DNA from: Patescibacteria group bacterium
Lineage (GTDB): Bacteria > Patescibacteriota > Microgenomatia > UBA1400 > PJMF01
NCBI GenBank assembly: GCA_016861205.1
Contig: BOKX01000001.1
Span: forward strand, 264,539 to 328,538
Length of the DNA: 64,000 bases
Direction: 5' to 3'
Below are positions 19,340 through 28,568 of this stretch, piece by piece. The notes beneath the pieces were generated by a model. The model was not told the DNA's origin. It saw nothing but the letters and a program-made list of their open reading frames with translations, and ran no database searches. Numbering within the stretch: the stretch's first letter is position 1; the number at the start of each line of letters is the position of its first letter. The position numbers were made by a program, and so were the translations under genes.

Positions 19340-21283
19340 CTATCCAGCTCCACCACCACCGCCGCCACCGCCGCCGCCACCACCTCCAGATGAACTGCCG
19401 GATGAGCCGGCGCCAGTGGCGCCATAACTGGCATTAACCGATGAGCTAAGTGAGTTGAGCGCTGATGAGAGGGATCCGAGGCTGCTAGAAATGTCACCAC
19501 CACTGGCACTTGAGTAGCCAGCCCAGTACAGGGTGGCGACCTGGGTGTCTTTGGTGTTGAGTTGAATAGGCAGCTGACTCAAGGCTTTGACTGAAACACC
19601 CAGGAGTGTGCCATAGACCAAGTACTGTTCCCAAAGGATTATCGAGTCGATGGGATACTCTTTGGTTTTTTGATACTCTTGGAGATGTTTTTTGAAAGCG
19701 ATCCAGCCTGCTGCTTCGGTAGCACCTTCCAGGGTGCGTTTCTCTTTGTGTGCCATCATAAAAATTGAAACCATAAACCAAACAAAACTTGATGCGATGT
19801 TAACAAGTGCAGCTCCCAGCCCCCAGCTCCACGCATCTGAAAAATTGGATACGCTAAAGAAGGCCAAGCCACCTGCTAAGATTGCCAAAACTAAATTGCG
19901 TATGCCAATGCTTTCCTCATGAGCAGTTCTATCGAGAAATCCGTCAGACAAATTAGCTTTGAGAGCGACTTCCTCCAAAGACTGAAAGAATACCCGAGTA
20001 CTTGTGGGATGTGTTTTGCAGTACTGCGTGATTTTCTTAAGTGGAATGACTTGTTGCTTGGGATCTTCATCAAACGCCTCAGTTTTGACTCTGTCAACTA
20101 AAAATGAATAGATTTTTTGCTCGACTGGACCAACTGTCTTGAGGTTGGGCTTATCGGTTGGTGCTAAGTAGTATTCCCAGTCTTTAATCAGGAATCCTTT
20201 TCGTTCTTGGCTGCGGACAAACTTTAGGACTCGGTGGTGAACGAGGTTTAAGATACTGGCTGTAAAGCTGCGGGTCGACAACGTTTTTTGAGCGGACATC
20301 ACTTGTTCAACTTGAGCTGGCGAAAGTTCGCTCGGTGGTTCCCACAAACGTTCGCTGGGATTGACCGATGGTAATCGTGTTTCTTTGTGGTGGTGCCAAA
20401 ATCGGACCAAGAGTTGCCAGCCAACCCAAGCTTGGACTGCGATCGCCACCAAGTTGAGTACTGCCAAGCCGACCGCTGTGCGGCGGGCAGTCGCTTGTTG
20501 AAGTTTGGTCTGCGTGATGAACTCTGCCTCTTGCTGGCGAATCTCAGCCTGGCTACTGGTTCCGGGAGTTCCGTTAACAAAAGTGGTTGCTGGCAACAGC
20601 AGGCGCCCCTCGAAAAATGTCCCGGCAGTCAGATTGGGCGTTGTGAAAGTAACTTCTTGGGCAGAGGGGATGCTAACGGTTCCGTTCAGTGGCCCGTGGG
20701 CCCATGCTTGAATTTGCTCACCCGGAACACCTGCAGGCAGTTGTAACTTGACTCCCACGTGATTCTGGGCGATTTCCCAGTCACTTCCGACCCATTGCCA
20801 GTACAACTCAGCGATATCCGAGTGTCGGGTGACCGCATTTTCGACAGTGTAGCTCAAGGTAAAGGTTTGTGAGGTATCGCTTAGGTTGTAAAACCACTTT
20901 ACATAGTACTGATCAGTGTCTTCAGTCACGTAAAAACTGCCAGCACGTTGAGATATTTCTTCGTTATCTGCAGCTGGGGTTGTTGGCCGATAGCAGTTCT
21001 GCTGATCGCATAGCTGGAATTGAGTCAGTCGGTACGGGACTGTTCTACCAGGATTTTTTGATTGATCAGGATTTTTAGAAATATAAAGATATGCGAAACT
21101 AAAGCTTCCATCAAACAGATACTGACGTTTTTCACTGACGTTCATACTGCCATCAGGGTGCAGTTCAGCGTTGATCTGCACCTGATTAATGGCGTATGAC
21201 TTGGCAGCTGCTGGTTGAGGTAGAAGCAAGCTGACTCCAATGACCACAATCGTAAGTAAAAACGCCAAAAATTTTCGCTGCAT
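19340..21283 (-). CDS. DUF2207-family membrane protein with poly-glycine C-terminal tail
   Basis: Signal peptide. N-terminal YxIxxxxIxAELxPDGSMNVSE...FDGSFSF pattern typical of DUF2207. Multiple TM segments in the C-terminal third. Terminal GSSGSSSGGGGGGGGGGGGGAG. Confidence 0.7.
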   Translation of the reverse strand: MQRKFLAFLLTIVVIGVSLLLPQPAAAKSYAINQVQINAELHPDGSMNVSEKRQYLFDGSFSFAYLYISKNPDQSKNPGRTVPYRLTQFQLCDQQNCYRPTTPAADNEEISQRAGSFYVTEDTDQYYVKWFYNLSDTSQTFTLSYTVENAVTRHSDIAELYWQWVGSDWEIAQNHVGVKLQLPAGVPGEQIQAWAHGPLNGTVSIPSAQEVTFTTPNLTAGTFFEGRLLLPATTFVNGTPGTSSQAEIRQQEAEFITQTKLQQATARRTAVGLAVLNLVAIAVQAWVGWQLLVRFWHHHKETRLPSVNPSERLWEPPSELSPAQVEQVMSAQKTLSTRSFTASILNLVHHRVLKFVRSQERKGFLIKDWEYYLAPTDKPNLKTVGPVEQKIYSFLVDRVKTEAFDEDPKQQVIPLKKITQYCKTHPTSTRVFFQSLEEVALKANLSDGFLDRTAHEESIGIRNLVLAILAGGLAFFSVSNFSDAWSWGLGAALVNIASSFVWFMVSIFMMAHKEKRTLEGATEAAGWIAFKKHLQEYQKTKEYPIDSIILWEQYLVYGTLLGVSVKALSQLPIQLNTKDTQVATLYWAGYSSASGGDISSSLGSLSSALNSLSSSVNASYGATGAGSSGSSSGGGGGGGGGGGGGAG

Positions 21284-21472
21284 ATGCCTATTGTACGCCG
21301 ATCATTCGAGTGTGTTGAACAGTCACAATCGCATTTGCCAAAGTAATGCTCGAGTAGTATACTGAAGGACTATGCCTAGCAACCTATGGCTTACCTTATA
21401 TTGTAAACATAACCGCTCCACACAGCGTCAGGGGTTGCTTTTCTAGTAGTTACATACATGACAAGTATGAAC

Positions 21473-21497
21473 AGCCCCGTAGACCGGGGCTTTTTTT
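21473..21497 (+). terminator. Terminator-like hairpin (GCCCCG-tagac-CGGGGC + T7) nested inside a perfect 12-bp inverted repeat (ATGACAAGTATG ... CATACTTGTCAT, 21458..21513)
   Basis: Seen directly in sequence. It lies in the upstream region of both the DUF2207 gene and the small + ORF at 21541, so it is not placed after a + strand gene. Confidence 0.45.
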
Positions 21498-21731
21498 GAT
21501 CCATACTTGTCATTTTAACGAATCACATCATAAGGAATATATGTCGATACAGAACATTGAAAGACTGCTGGCGGTCGCTTCGGCGATTTCCTGCATTATT
21601 TCAGCGGGAATCATGTGTCAGCAGGTGTTAGCCGCACGGATAAACTCTCAGCTAAACACAAACCAGGTTTGTGTTGAAGCTGTTTAAACAGCTTTAATGA
21701 AGATTTTGCTGAGTTAGCGTACAATAGCATC

Positions 21732-21977
21732 ATGTCTGACATTAACATCAATCTCAATTTAAATGCTATCCCTGAGTGGTTTGCTCTGGTGGTTGAGAAG
21801 TTCCAAGAACTCAGAGGCGTCGAGTTCCTCTATTTGATTTTAGCGATTATTTTCCCACCACTAGCAGCATTCTTAAAAGTTGGGATCAGCACCCAATTCT
21901 GGATCAACTTGATCTTAACGATGCTCGGCGGATTGCCAGGCCAGATCCACGCTTTGTGGTTGGTGCTGTTTTGGTAA
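21732..21977 (+). CDS. Pmp3/YqaE (UPF0057) family small membrane proteolipid, with ~30-aa N-terminal extension
   Basis: LILAIIFPPLAAFLKVG...INLILTMLGGLPGQIHALWLV closely matches the Pmp3/YqaE two-helix signature. Confidence 0.75.
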   Translation: MSDININLNLNAIPEWFALVVEKFQELRGVEFLYLILAIIFPPLAAFLKVGISTQFWINLILTMLGGLPGQIHALWLVLFW

Positions 21978-22000
21978 GCTGTTTCGCGCTGTCACTCTCG

Positions 22001-24652
22001 TTAACGGTACAAATTCTGTAAGTCACCTTGGTAGATAGCGGTAGCAAACCAAGCCCAGTTTTGCAGGTAGTACTCGTCTCCTTCATACCAATACGCAGCT
22101 CCGTCTTGAGTAGTTGTGTATGTTGGTAAAAACTTCTCTTTGAGAATCACCTGAGCTCGTTCTGGATCAGTAATAAGAAAGACTGGTAAGTTCATAATGT
22201 AGGCATAGCGTTGCGACTTCGTTTGGGGCACCGCGTCATGCGAGTACACGTCGACCACACCACCCTGGGTGTGTTGCCAAACTAAAAAGTCAAGACTTTT
22301 GAGATAGTCAGCCGCCCGATAATCTTGATTCCATTGATAATCAAGATAGATTTTCCAAGGAATCCGAAAGGCATTGTACCCATAGTTTGAGTCGTCAGGT
22401 TGCGGTTTGGCAGACGCCACAAATGAACCCAAGTTCTTCTCGTATCTGCACCACTCGGGTGGCAAAGAACTGGAGTAATTTTTATCGAGCAAGGTTGCTG
22501 AGCAGCTTTTCAAAACTGCGTAGCTTGAATCCAAGACACTTGACCAGTCGTGATCTTGATCGACAACAGCAAAAATTCGATAAGCGTAAGGTGCTAGATA
22601 TGATGGGTTGAGTGTAACGTAGTCTGCCGAGTCAGCCCAGTTGCCCGCTGTTACAAAGGAAAACCGTTGATCACTGTACACGTTGTACTCCCAGATATCT
22701 TTAATTATTTGCTGGGCGTCTTCATAGTAGCGAGGCTCATTCCACCGCTTAGCCGCAAACAGCAAGGCCAACGCAATATCTTGGTCGGCGTCTGGAGCAT
22801 TGCCTTCGTCAATCAGGCGTTGAGATTTGTGTAAGTACTTCCAACCAAATAAATGCGACTTCTTTAACCGCATGTGTTTGTCTGTCCAAGCATAAACCTG
22901 ATCAAATGTTTCTCGATCATTCATCCAAACAGCTCTCAAAAGTGCGTAGGATTGGGCTTCTGAGATAACTGAATCGGATTGCTCAGGTGGTTGAATGTAC
23001 CCCTTCGGATTGAGGAACTTACGTTTGTATGTTTCCCACGAGGGCTGCAGATCTATGCGTTGCTGCTGATACATAACGACCCAATCACCATTGGGCATAG
23101 TTTGTTTCTGAAGTTGGAAATTGGCTGGGAACGTGGGATCGAGACTAAACTCAGCCACACGTTGACTGTTTCTGAGTGCTTGTTTAATCAGCGATTCCTG
23201 TCCTCGGTACGAGATTTGTCGTTGGACTTCAGCCGTAATCATCACGTAGTCAACGTTTCGAAAATCATTGCCAAGTTTTTTCTCGGTGATGTCTGGGTCA
23301 AGCTCAACTTTCCAGAACCAGTCTGCATTCTGAAATGTAGACTGGCCATCTGCCTGCCGATAGGTTAAGTCGAGATAGGCATAAAAATCGATAGCCATGT
23401 GTGAATCACTGGGCACATTTTTTTTGATCCAGTCAACTGCTTGCAACTGAGCAGTGGTCTCATCTTTGGTTAGGTACGTTGTAACTAACGGTCGATAGTA
23501 GTAACTCATGACCGCTACGGCAGCCAGCGCCACCGGCACCCCCAAAATCCAGTGCAGTTTTTGCAGCAACTGGCTGAAGTGACTAACGAGCACGCCAATA
23601 CACAAGCTTAAAAAGGGAATCAAGGCGATCACATAAAAATTGATGACCAGTTTGCCACTGGCTAAGAACAAGACTTGGGGCCAGGTCAGCATGAGTACCT
23701 GCCGACTTTTTTTGCTTTTAATGGCCAACATCACATGGGCAAAAAAGGCACTGTACCCGGCCACAATAAGCCACCAATCCTCTTTCATCCAGTAGGTCAA
23801 GTTGACACGAAAATCGCTAAACTGATGCCAGACTGGAAGGCCACTGCCTCTACCCGCTTGCATTGCCAACGTTCCCAGCAAGCTGACATGTGGATGTGGT
23901 GGGGAAAATGGAGAGCCTGGAGGAAAGAGCTCACCTTTCAACAACGCATACAGCGGATAGAACGAAATGACAGCTCCAGCCAGACAGAGCCACTTGATGA
24001 TGGCTATGGTTCGATGCTTTGGATGTGCATGGCTAGCAACCAACCAGACCATAGTGGGCAGGAAAAAAACCGCGTTCTCTTTGGTCAAACAAGCCAGGCC
24101 AAAAGTAATTGCGCTTACAAAGACACGGCGCAGACGAGATTTGGCCGTCATTACCAACCAAAAACTGAGCAGCACCCAAAAAACCATCAAGTTGTCTAGC
24201 AACAGCCGGCGTTGAAAGTACACGGCTAATGGTGAAACTGAAAACAAAGTCACCGCTACAAAGGCAGCTATTTTCGATCGGCTAATCTTCTTGGTGACCG
24301 CATAGAGAAGCAGTACATTCAAAAGGTGAATGAGTAGCATGAAAACGCGCCCAGAGTTAAGAGCAAAGCCAAAGGTAAACAGACCACCCGTCAAGGCTAC
24401 CCACGCGGCTGTGAAAATCCAACCAAACGGCGCATGGTCATACCAATATGTGTAGGGTGCCAATTTCCCTTGGGTTAAAAAACTCCAAGCCTGCGCGAGG
24501 TAGGTACCTTCATCGTTCTCAAAAAATGGGAAGTGGAACATGTTCCAACCGTGAAAAAACGCAGCTGCTCCTAAGAGGGCCAAGATAAATCCCAGCTCGC
24601 CATGCTGCCATACCCAGGTTTGTAGCTTTTTAAGCAGCTGCATACTGTCCAT
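22001..24652 (-). CDS. Multi-TM GT-C-fold glycosyltransferase (GT39/PMT_2/ArnT-like), N-terminal ~500 aa, fused to a C-terminal glycoside hydrolase family 8-like domain
   Basis: FENDEGTY (DE motif in first extracytoplasmic loop) and about 11 predicted TM helices. C-terminal domain has ISEAQSYALLRAV, DADQDIALALLFAAKRW and NPSYLAPYAY, resembling GH8 (BcsZ-type) signatures. The track ORF starts at 24847, but the likely start is MDSMQ at 24652 (or 24643), 20 nt inside the end of the upstream GT2 gene. Confidence 0.65.
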   Translation of the reverse strand: MDSMQLLKKLQTWVWQHGELGFILALLGAAAFFHGWNMFHFPFFENDEGTYLAQAWSFLTQGKLAPYTYWYDHAPFGWIFTAAWVALTGGLFTFGFALNSGRVFMLLIHLLNVLLLYAVTKKISRSKIAAFVAVTLFSVSPLAVYFQRRLLLDNLMVFWVLLSFWLVMTAKSRLRRVFVSAITFGLACLTKENAVFFLPTMVWLVASHAHPKHRTIAIIKWLCLAGAVISFYPLYALLKGELFPPGSPFSPPHPHVSLLGTLAMQAGRGSGLPVWHQFSDFRVNLTYWMKEDWWLIVAGYSAFFAHVMLAIKSKKSRQVLMLTWPQVLFLASGKLVINFYVIALIPFLSLCIGVLVSHFSQLLQKLHWILGVPVALAAVAVMSYYYRPLVTTYLTKDETTAQLQAVDWIKKNVPSDSHMAIDFYAYLDLTYRQADGQSTFQNADWFWKVELDPDITEKKLGNDFRNVDYVMITAEVQRQISYRGQESLIKQALRNSQRVAEFSLDPTFPANFQLQKQTMPNGDWVVMYQQQRIDLQPSWETYKRKFLNPKGYIQPPEQSDSVISEAQSYALLRAVWMNDRETFDQVYAWTDKHMRLKKSHLFGWKYLHKSQRLIDEGNAPDADQDIALALLFAAKRWNEPRYYEDAQQIIKDIWEYNVYSDQRFSFVTAGNWADSADYVTLNPSYLAPYAYRIFAVVDQDHDWSSVLDSSYAVLKSCSATLLDKNYSSSLPPEWCRYEKNLGSFVASAKPQPDDSNYGYNAFRIPWKIYLDYQWNQDYRAADYLKSLDFLVWQHTQGGVVDVYSHDAVPQTKSQRYAYIMNLPVFLITDPERAQVILKEKFLPTYTTTQDGAAYWYEGDEYYLQNWAWFATAIYQGDLQNLYR

Positions 24653-26024
24653 TTGTGGTAGGTGTACGGTGGAGATTGAGATGGGTGGTTTTTTCCCAGT
24701 TGGTTTTCTGTTGGGTGTGGCGCAAGACAGCGCGTAGAGCACTAAATGCGAGCACCATTTGATATGGTACAAAAGTAAGGACGATGGTGAGGATAACGAG
24801 AACAGACATTCTTTGGTGAAAGTCCTTCGAAAACTCGGTATAGCCAAGTATCTGCACCACCAGTTGGAGTACTAATAAGTAAAATGGATACATGACTAGC
24901 AAAGTTGCAATCACGGGTAAATCAATAAAAAACGTAGCTAAAGAAATCATCACTAACACAAAGTTCAATGCGTTCAACTGTGCCAATACTAAAAAGTATA
25001 AGGCAAACAGTCGCTTTTTGGGATTGTGAAAGGCTTGCCACTTCCGCTCAAGCAAGATTTGCAAGAAACCCTGATTCCAACGCGTGCGTTGTTTGACAAG
25101 ACTTGCGAGTGTGCCAGGACTCTCCTCCCGCGTCACTAAATCCGGGTCATACACGATTTGGATCGGGTAGTTTTGACTCGACAGTCGCAATCCCATCTCC
25201 GCATCTTCAGTAAGACAGGTATTCCAACCACCGAGTTTTGTTAGCACCTGCTTTTTAATAAACACCGTGTTCCCACCGAGAGGAACAACGCCCATTCGGC
25301 TAAATAAGTGCAGGGCAGATTTGTACCAGAAGTAGTACTCCAGCACATTCAGGGCTGAAAACCAGGTCGTTCGTAAGTTTGTAAGTTGCACGCCACCTTG
25401 CACTGCGCTGGGCTGCTTTGTTAAAAAGACTGTGTTAACCACTTGGAGTATCGCTGTTTGTGGCTCGTCTTCAGCGTCAAAGACACCGATCACGTCATAC
25501 TTGGCTGCTTTTAAGCCAAAGTTTAAAGCACTTGGCTTGTTTGATTCCAAGCTCGTGAAACTCAAGACTTTAAAATTTTTGACCCTAAGCTGGGCAATTG
25601 CGGCTCTAGCACTACGAAGTGTCTCTTTATCATCAGATTTGCACACCACTAACACCTCCCAAAGGTGGGCAGGATACTCAATGTTAGCGATAGATGCCAG
25701 GGTAGTACCAATGACTTCGCTCTCAAATCGAGCCGGAATTATGATCGAAAACGTGGTTTGAGGTGGTAAAGCAATCTTTGGCGGAGCATCTGCAGCAAGC
25801 TTGTTGGGATCTTCCCAACCATACAGCATCCAGAACAAGGTAAAAATACCTTGAAAACTGAGCGCAAACGCCGTTATGAGCAGACCTATTTTTATCGGAA
25901 GCAGCCAGTAATCCCCTTGCAGGATCACGCTTACTAAGGCTGTACAAAACAAGGTGACTAACACTGCTGTAATAGTCACCAAAAAGATAGTTATCTTAGT
26001 TTGTTTCCTGGGCAGGACTTTCAA
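24630..26024 (-). CDS. Processive family-2 glycosyltransferase (cellulose/chitin/PNAG-synthase-like)
   Basis: Two N-terminal TM helices. DAEDEP (DxD-like), TED motif (LTEDAEMGLRL) and QxxRW motif (QRTRWNQG). Further C-terminal TM helices. Confidence 0.85.
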   Translation of the reverse strand: MKVLPRKQTKITIFLVTITAVLVTLFCTALVSVILQGDYWLLPIKIGLLITAFALSFQGIFTLFWMLYGWEDPNKLAADAPPKIALPPQTTFSIIIPARFESEVIGTTLASIANIEYPAHLWEVLVVCKSDDKETLRSARAAIAQLRVKNFKVLSFTSLESNKPSALNFGLKAAKYDVIGVFDAEDEPQTAILQVVNTVFLTKQPSAVQGGVQLTNLRTTWFSALNVLEYYFWYKSALHLFSRMGVVPLGGNTVFIKKQVLTKLGGWNTCLTEDAEMGLRLSSQNYPIQIVYDPDLVTREESPGTLASLVKQRTRWNQGFLQILLERKWQAFHNPKKRLFALYFLVLAQLNALNFVLVMISLATFFIDLPVIATLLVMYPFYLLVLQLVVQILGYTEFSKDFHQRMSVLVILTIVLTFVPYQMVLAFSALRAVLRHTQQKTNWEKTTHLNLHRTPTTNGQYAAA

Positions 26025-26255
26025 AGACAGACCCCGAATTAAAATTATAGGATATTATAGCACTGTAGCCTTCAAAATTGAACCAGAATTACATTTCGAT
26101 TACAAGGCTAAGATGCTGAGAAATGATGTCATTTGATATATATAAATATTGGCAGTCACGGACTAAGACTGCTAATTCCGCTTTTCAGCAATAAGGAATG
26201 ATAGATCAATCTAAATTGTTATAGCATCGAACTGGTATAATATGCATCAAATTCT

Positions 26256-28568
26256 ATGCCCAAACCAGAAAAAGCTCCACAACCTGTTAATCGTAGTGAT
26301 GCAATTGAAAGTTGGTTGCAAAGATGTGAAGCAGGTAAGCCTGGATTCATAGAAATGCATCAGTACACGGAAGAAACGTTTCGTGCGATCAGTCCGGATC
26401 TTTTGCAACGTCTGTACGCAATGATTGAGCGGCTGATTGCTTATGAGCACTTCACTTGGCAGTTACCAACGGGTTGGCTTGAGTGGGCCAACCAGCGCGC
26501 TCAGTTACCCACCGAATCTGGCTTCAAAGCAGCAAGCGAGGTGCTCCTTTGGGCGGCAGAAATGGGGACGATGTGCGGTGTATATCTGGCGGCTATGCGC
26601 CAACTAGAAACTATTTTTCGTGATGCATCTGAACTGACACAAAAGCAGTCCCGTAGACTGCGATCATCCGAAGAGATACTTGCTTTGCAGATTAGATATG
26701 CAGAAGTGATTCTGTATGAGAGGCAACCCTGGTCACTACTCCGGTTGACTCCTCACTGGATCGGTTTATTTTTACCTGAGGTAGCTGATCAAGGTTTCGA
26801 TATTAAAGGCTATGATAAGTGTTTTTCGGTCGGGCAGATTTTAAGAGCTCATGCCAGTCGTATTCAAGATGGCAAGAGACGCTTGAATGTAAATGAGCTC
26901 AAAGAGCTCTATGGATTGGTACTCAGCATGCTAAAGGTCGAACAGTCGAGGCTGGGCACGATTTATCCAAACTACAATTTTACGGCCGGCTTGTTAAGTA
27001 CGGCCAGCGGCAGCTATGCCTACCCATTAATTGAAAAAGATCGTTCATGGATGGCACATGTCAAAAATGCAGATCAGCGTGAGTACCTACTAGCAGGTGG
27101 TCAGTTAATGAAGTTGATCAGACTGTTTCATACAGATTGGTACCTATCACTTCTCAATGAAGACGCTCGATTTCACACTGAGGCAGTAGCCATCTTTGAC
27201 TATGTCTACGCTGCCAATGAAGAGAGCGCAAAAATGCTCGTCGAAGAGGCAACAACTGCTCTTGCTCTTTATCCAGAGAAATTTGGGTTCAAAAAAACCA
27301 GCGATGCTGTAGTTTCAATTGCCCAGTGGTTTCTGAACACCCATGTGAATGACCTGGATAGAGAGTCTGCAGACGCTGAAGTACTGTACAAGTCTGACAA
27401 GCTTAATTCGCTGCAGGAACAGGTGATTTCACTTTTGATAAGTTATCACTTAAGCCTATACAACGAGCGTTTGTTGATCGGAGCTACAGGTATCACTGCG
27501 CTCAACTACATTGAGGAAGGTGTTACGCTGCCCGACGCTCAAAAATCACTGGAGTCCATTGCCAGTGCCTGTCAGCAAATACACTTGTTACACCAAAAAC
27601 AACGTAAAGCTCAAGGTACATATCAGCGCAGCGGGCATGTCAACATAGAGGATGGTCGTGATCAAGATGCAATGATGCATCATTTAGTGCCGAATCAGGC
27701 GGATATCGAGTTAACATATCAAGTCAGACAGAACTATGTGATGGCGAAAGTTTCACTTTCTGATTATGAAATTAATAGGCAAAGTATTCCTGATGCTGAT
27801 AACGCGTTATCAATTGAAGAGCTGGAGGCACAAAAGTTAATTGTGCAGTTTGCGGTCGACTTATCAACTTCTCCGGCTGAGTTTGTTTTTGAAGTGTATG
27901 ATCCTGAAGATGTCTTGCCTGAAAGTCAGGCTATTTGGGCAGCTCTACTAGCAGCTCAGCTGGAAGGATGGCTGGCTGAGTTGAAGACAGAGATCGCAGA
28001 AAACCCCATTACCGATGAGGTTGTTTTGCTTGATAAAGGTACACTTGCAAAAAAAACTGGGCAGATTCCGACTAAACCTGCTCCTGCTACTGAAAAGCGC
28101 AAAGCGTCAGGCAATGGTGCGAATGGCACAGGCTCAAGTAACGGCAACGAAGCAGATGCCTTACCAGCATTTATTGAAGCTGGTCGCCGGTTGATGTACC
28201 CGACCAGCATGATGCTGGCACCGGCTTTGGAAACTGAGGTAACAAAAAGTCGTGGTAAAGGTAGCCGAGCAGATGAGCTAGCGATTTTGTCGGATTTCGT
28301 GACTGAGTTCAATGCGAATCCTGCCAAGTTTCACTCTGAAAAAGTTACTAAAGCTGTTCGAAGTGCCAAAGCGGTTGGCCCAAATGGTGAGTTGATCTGG
28401 CGCATAAAACGAGGTGATTACCGGATTTTTGCCGTCTCACTCAATCGGTCGCAAGGCATCATCGTAGAGGTTGATCGCAAAAGTGATGAAACGTACGAGG
28501 ACATGTCTGGGCTCAAAGACAAAGCACACAAAGCTGTGACAGCACTACAAGTAACGGCGCAAAACTAA
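26256..28568 (+). CDS. Large hypothetical protein (770 aa) with a C-terminal RelE/ParE-like toxin-fold domain
   Basis: The last ~95 aa (ANPAKFHSEKVTKAVRSAKAVGPNGELIWRIKRGDYRIFAVSLNRSQGIIVEVDRKSDETYED) fit the RelE/ParE pattern. That pattern is the R-x-GDYRI-[IF]-[YA] core followed by I-x-I-x-[RH]-[RK]-x-D. No P-loop and no other recognisable domain in the first ~670 aa. A Gly/Asn/Ser-rich linker precedes the C-terminal domain. Confidence 0.6.
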   Translation: MPKPEKAPQPVNRSDAIESWLQRCEAGKPGFIEMHQYTEETFRAISPDLLQRLYAMIERLIAYEHFTWQLPTGWLEWANQRAQLPTESGFKAASEVLLWAAEMGTMCGVYLAAMRQLETIFRDASELTQKQSRRLRSSEEILALQIRYAEVILYERQPWSLLRLTPHWIGLFLPEVADQGFDIKGYDKCFSVGQILRAHASRIQDGKRRLNVNELKELYGLVLSMLKVEQSRLGTIYPNYNFTAGLLSTASGSYAYPLIEKDRSWMAHVKNADQREYLLAGGQLMKLIRLFHTDWYLSLLNEDARFHTEAVAIFDYVYAANEESAKMLVEEATTALALYPEKFGFKKTSDAVVSIAQWFLNTHVNDLDRESADAEVLYKSDKLNSLQEQVISLLISYHLSLYNERLLIGATGITALNYIEEGVTLPDAQKSLESIASACQQIHLLHQKQRKAQGTYQRSGHVNIEDGRDQDAMMHHLVPNQADIELTYQVRQNYVMAKVSLSDYEINRQSIPDADNALSIEELEAQKLIVQFAVDLSTSPAEFVFEVYDPEDVLPESQAIWAALLAAQLEGWLAELKTEIAENPITDEVVLLDKGTLAKKTGQIPTKPAPATEKRKASGNGANGTGSSNGNEADALPAFIEAGRRLMYPTSMMLAPALETEVTKSRGKGSRADELAILSDFVTEFNANPAKFHSEKVTKAVRSAKAVGPNGELIWRIKRGDYRIFAVSLNRSQGIIVEVDRKSDETYEDMSGLKDKAHKAVTALQVTAQN

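Noticed and set aside
19210-19509. 99-aa minus-strand ORF overlapping the 3' end of 18751..19332 and the DUF2207 gene
   Set aside because: It is in an alternative frame of the Gly-codon repeat region and duplicates sequence already assigned to two better-supported genes.
21455-21497. Hairpin+T7 as the transcription terminator of the DUF2207 gene
   Set aside because: Wrong side and orientation. It lies upstream of the DUF2207 start and reads as a terminator only on the + strand, so it is reported as a regulatory or orphan structure.
24652-24847. First 65 codons of track ORF 22001..24847
   Set aside because: This stretch overlaps the 3' end of the GT2 gene by ~200 nt and encodes no conserved sequence. 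The GT-C domain begins right after the MDSMQ start at 24652.
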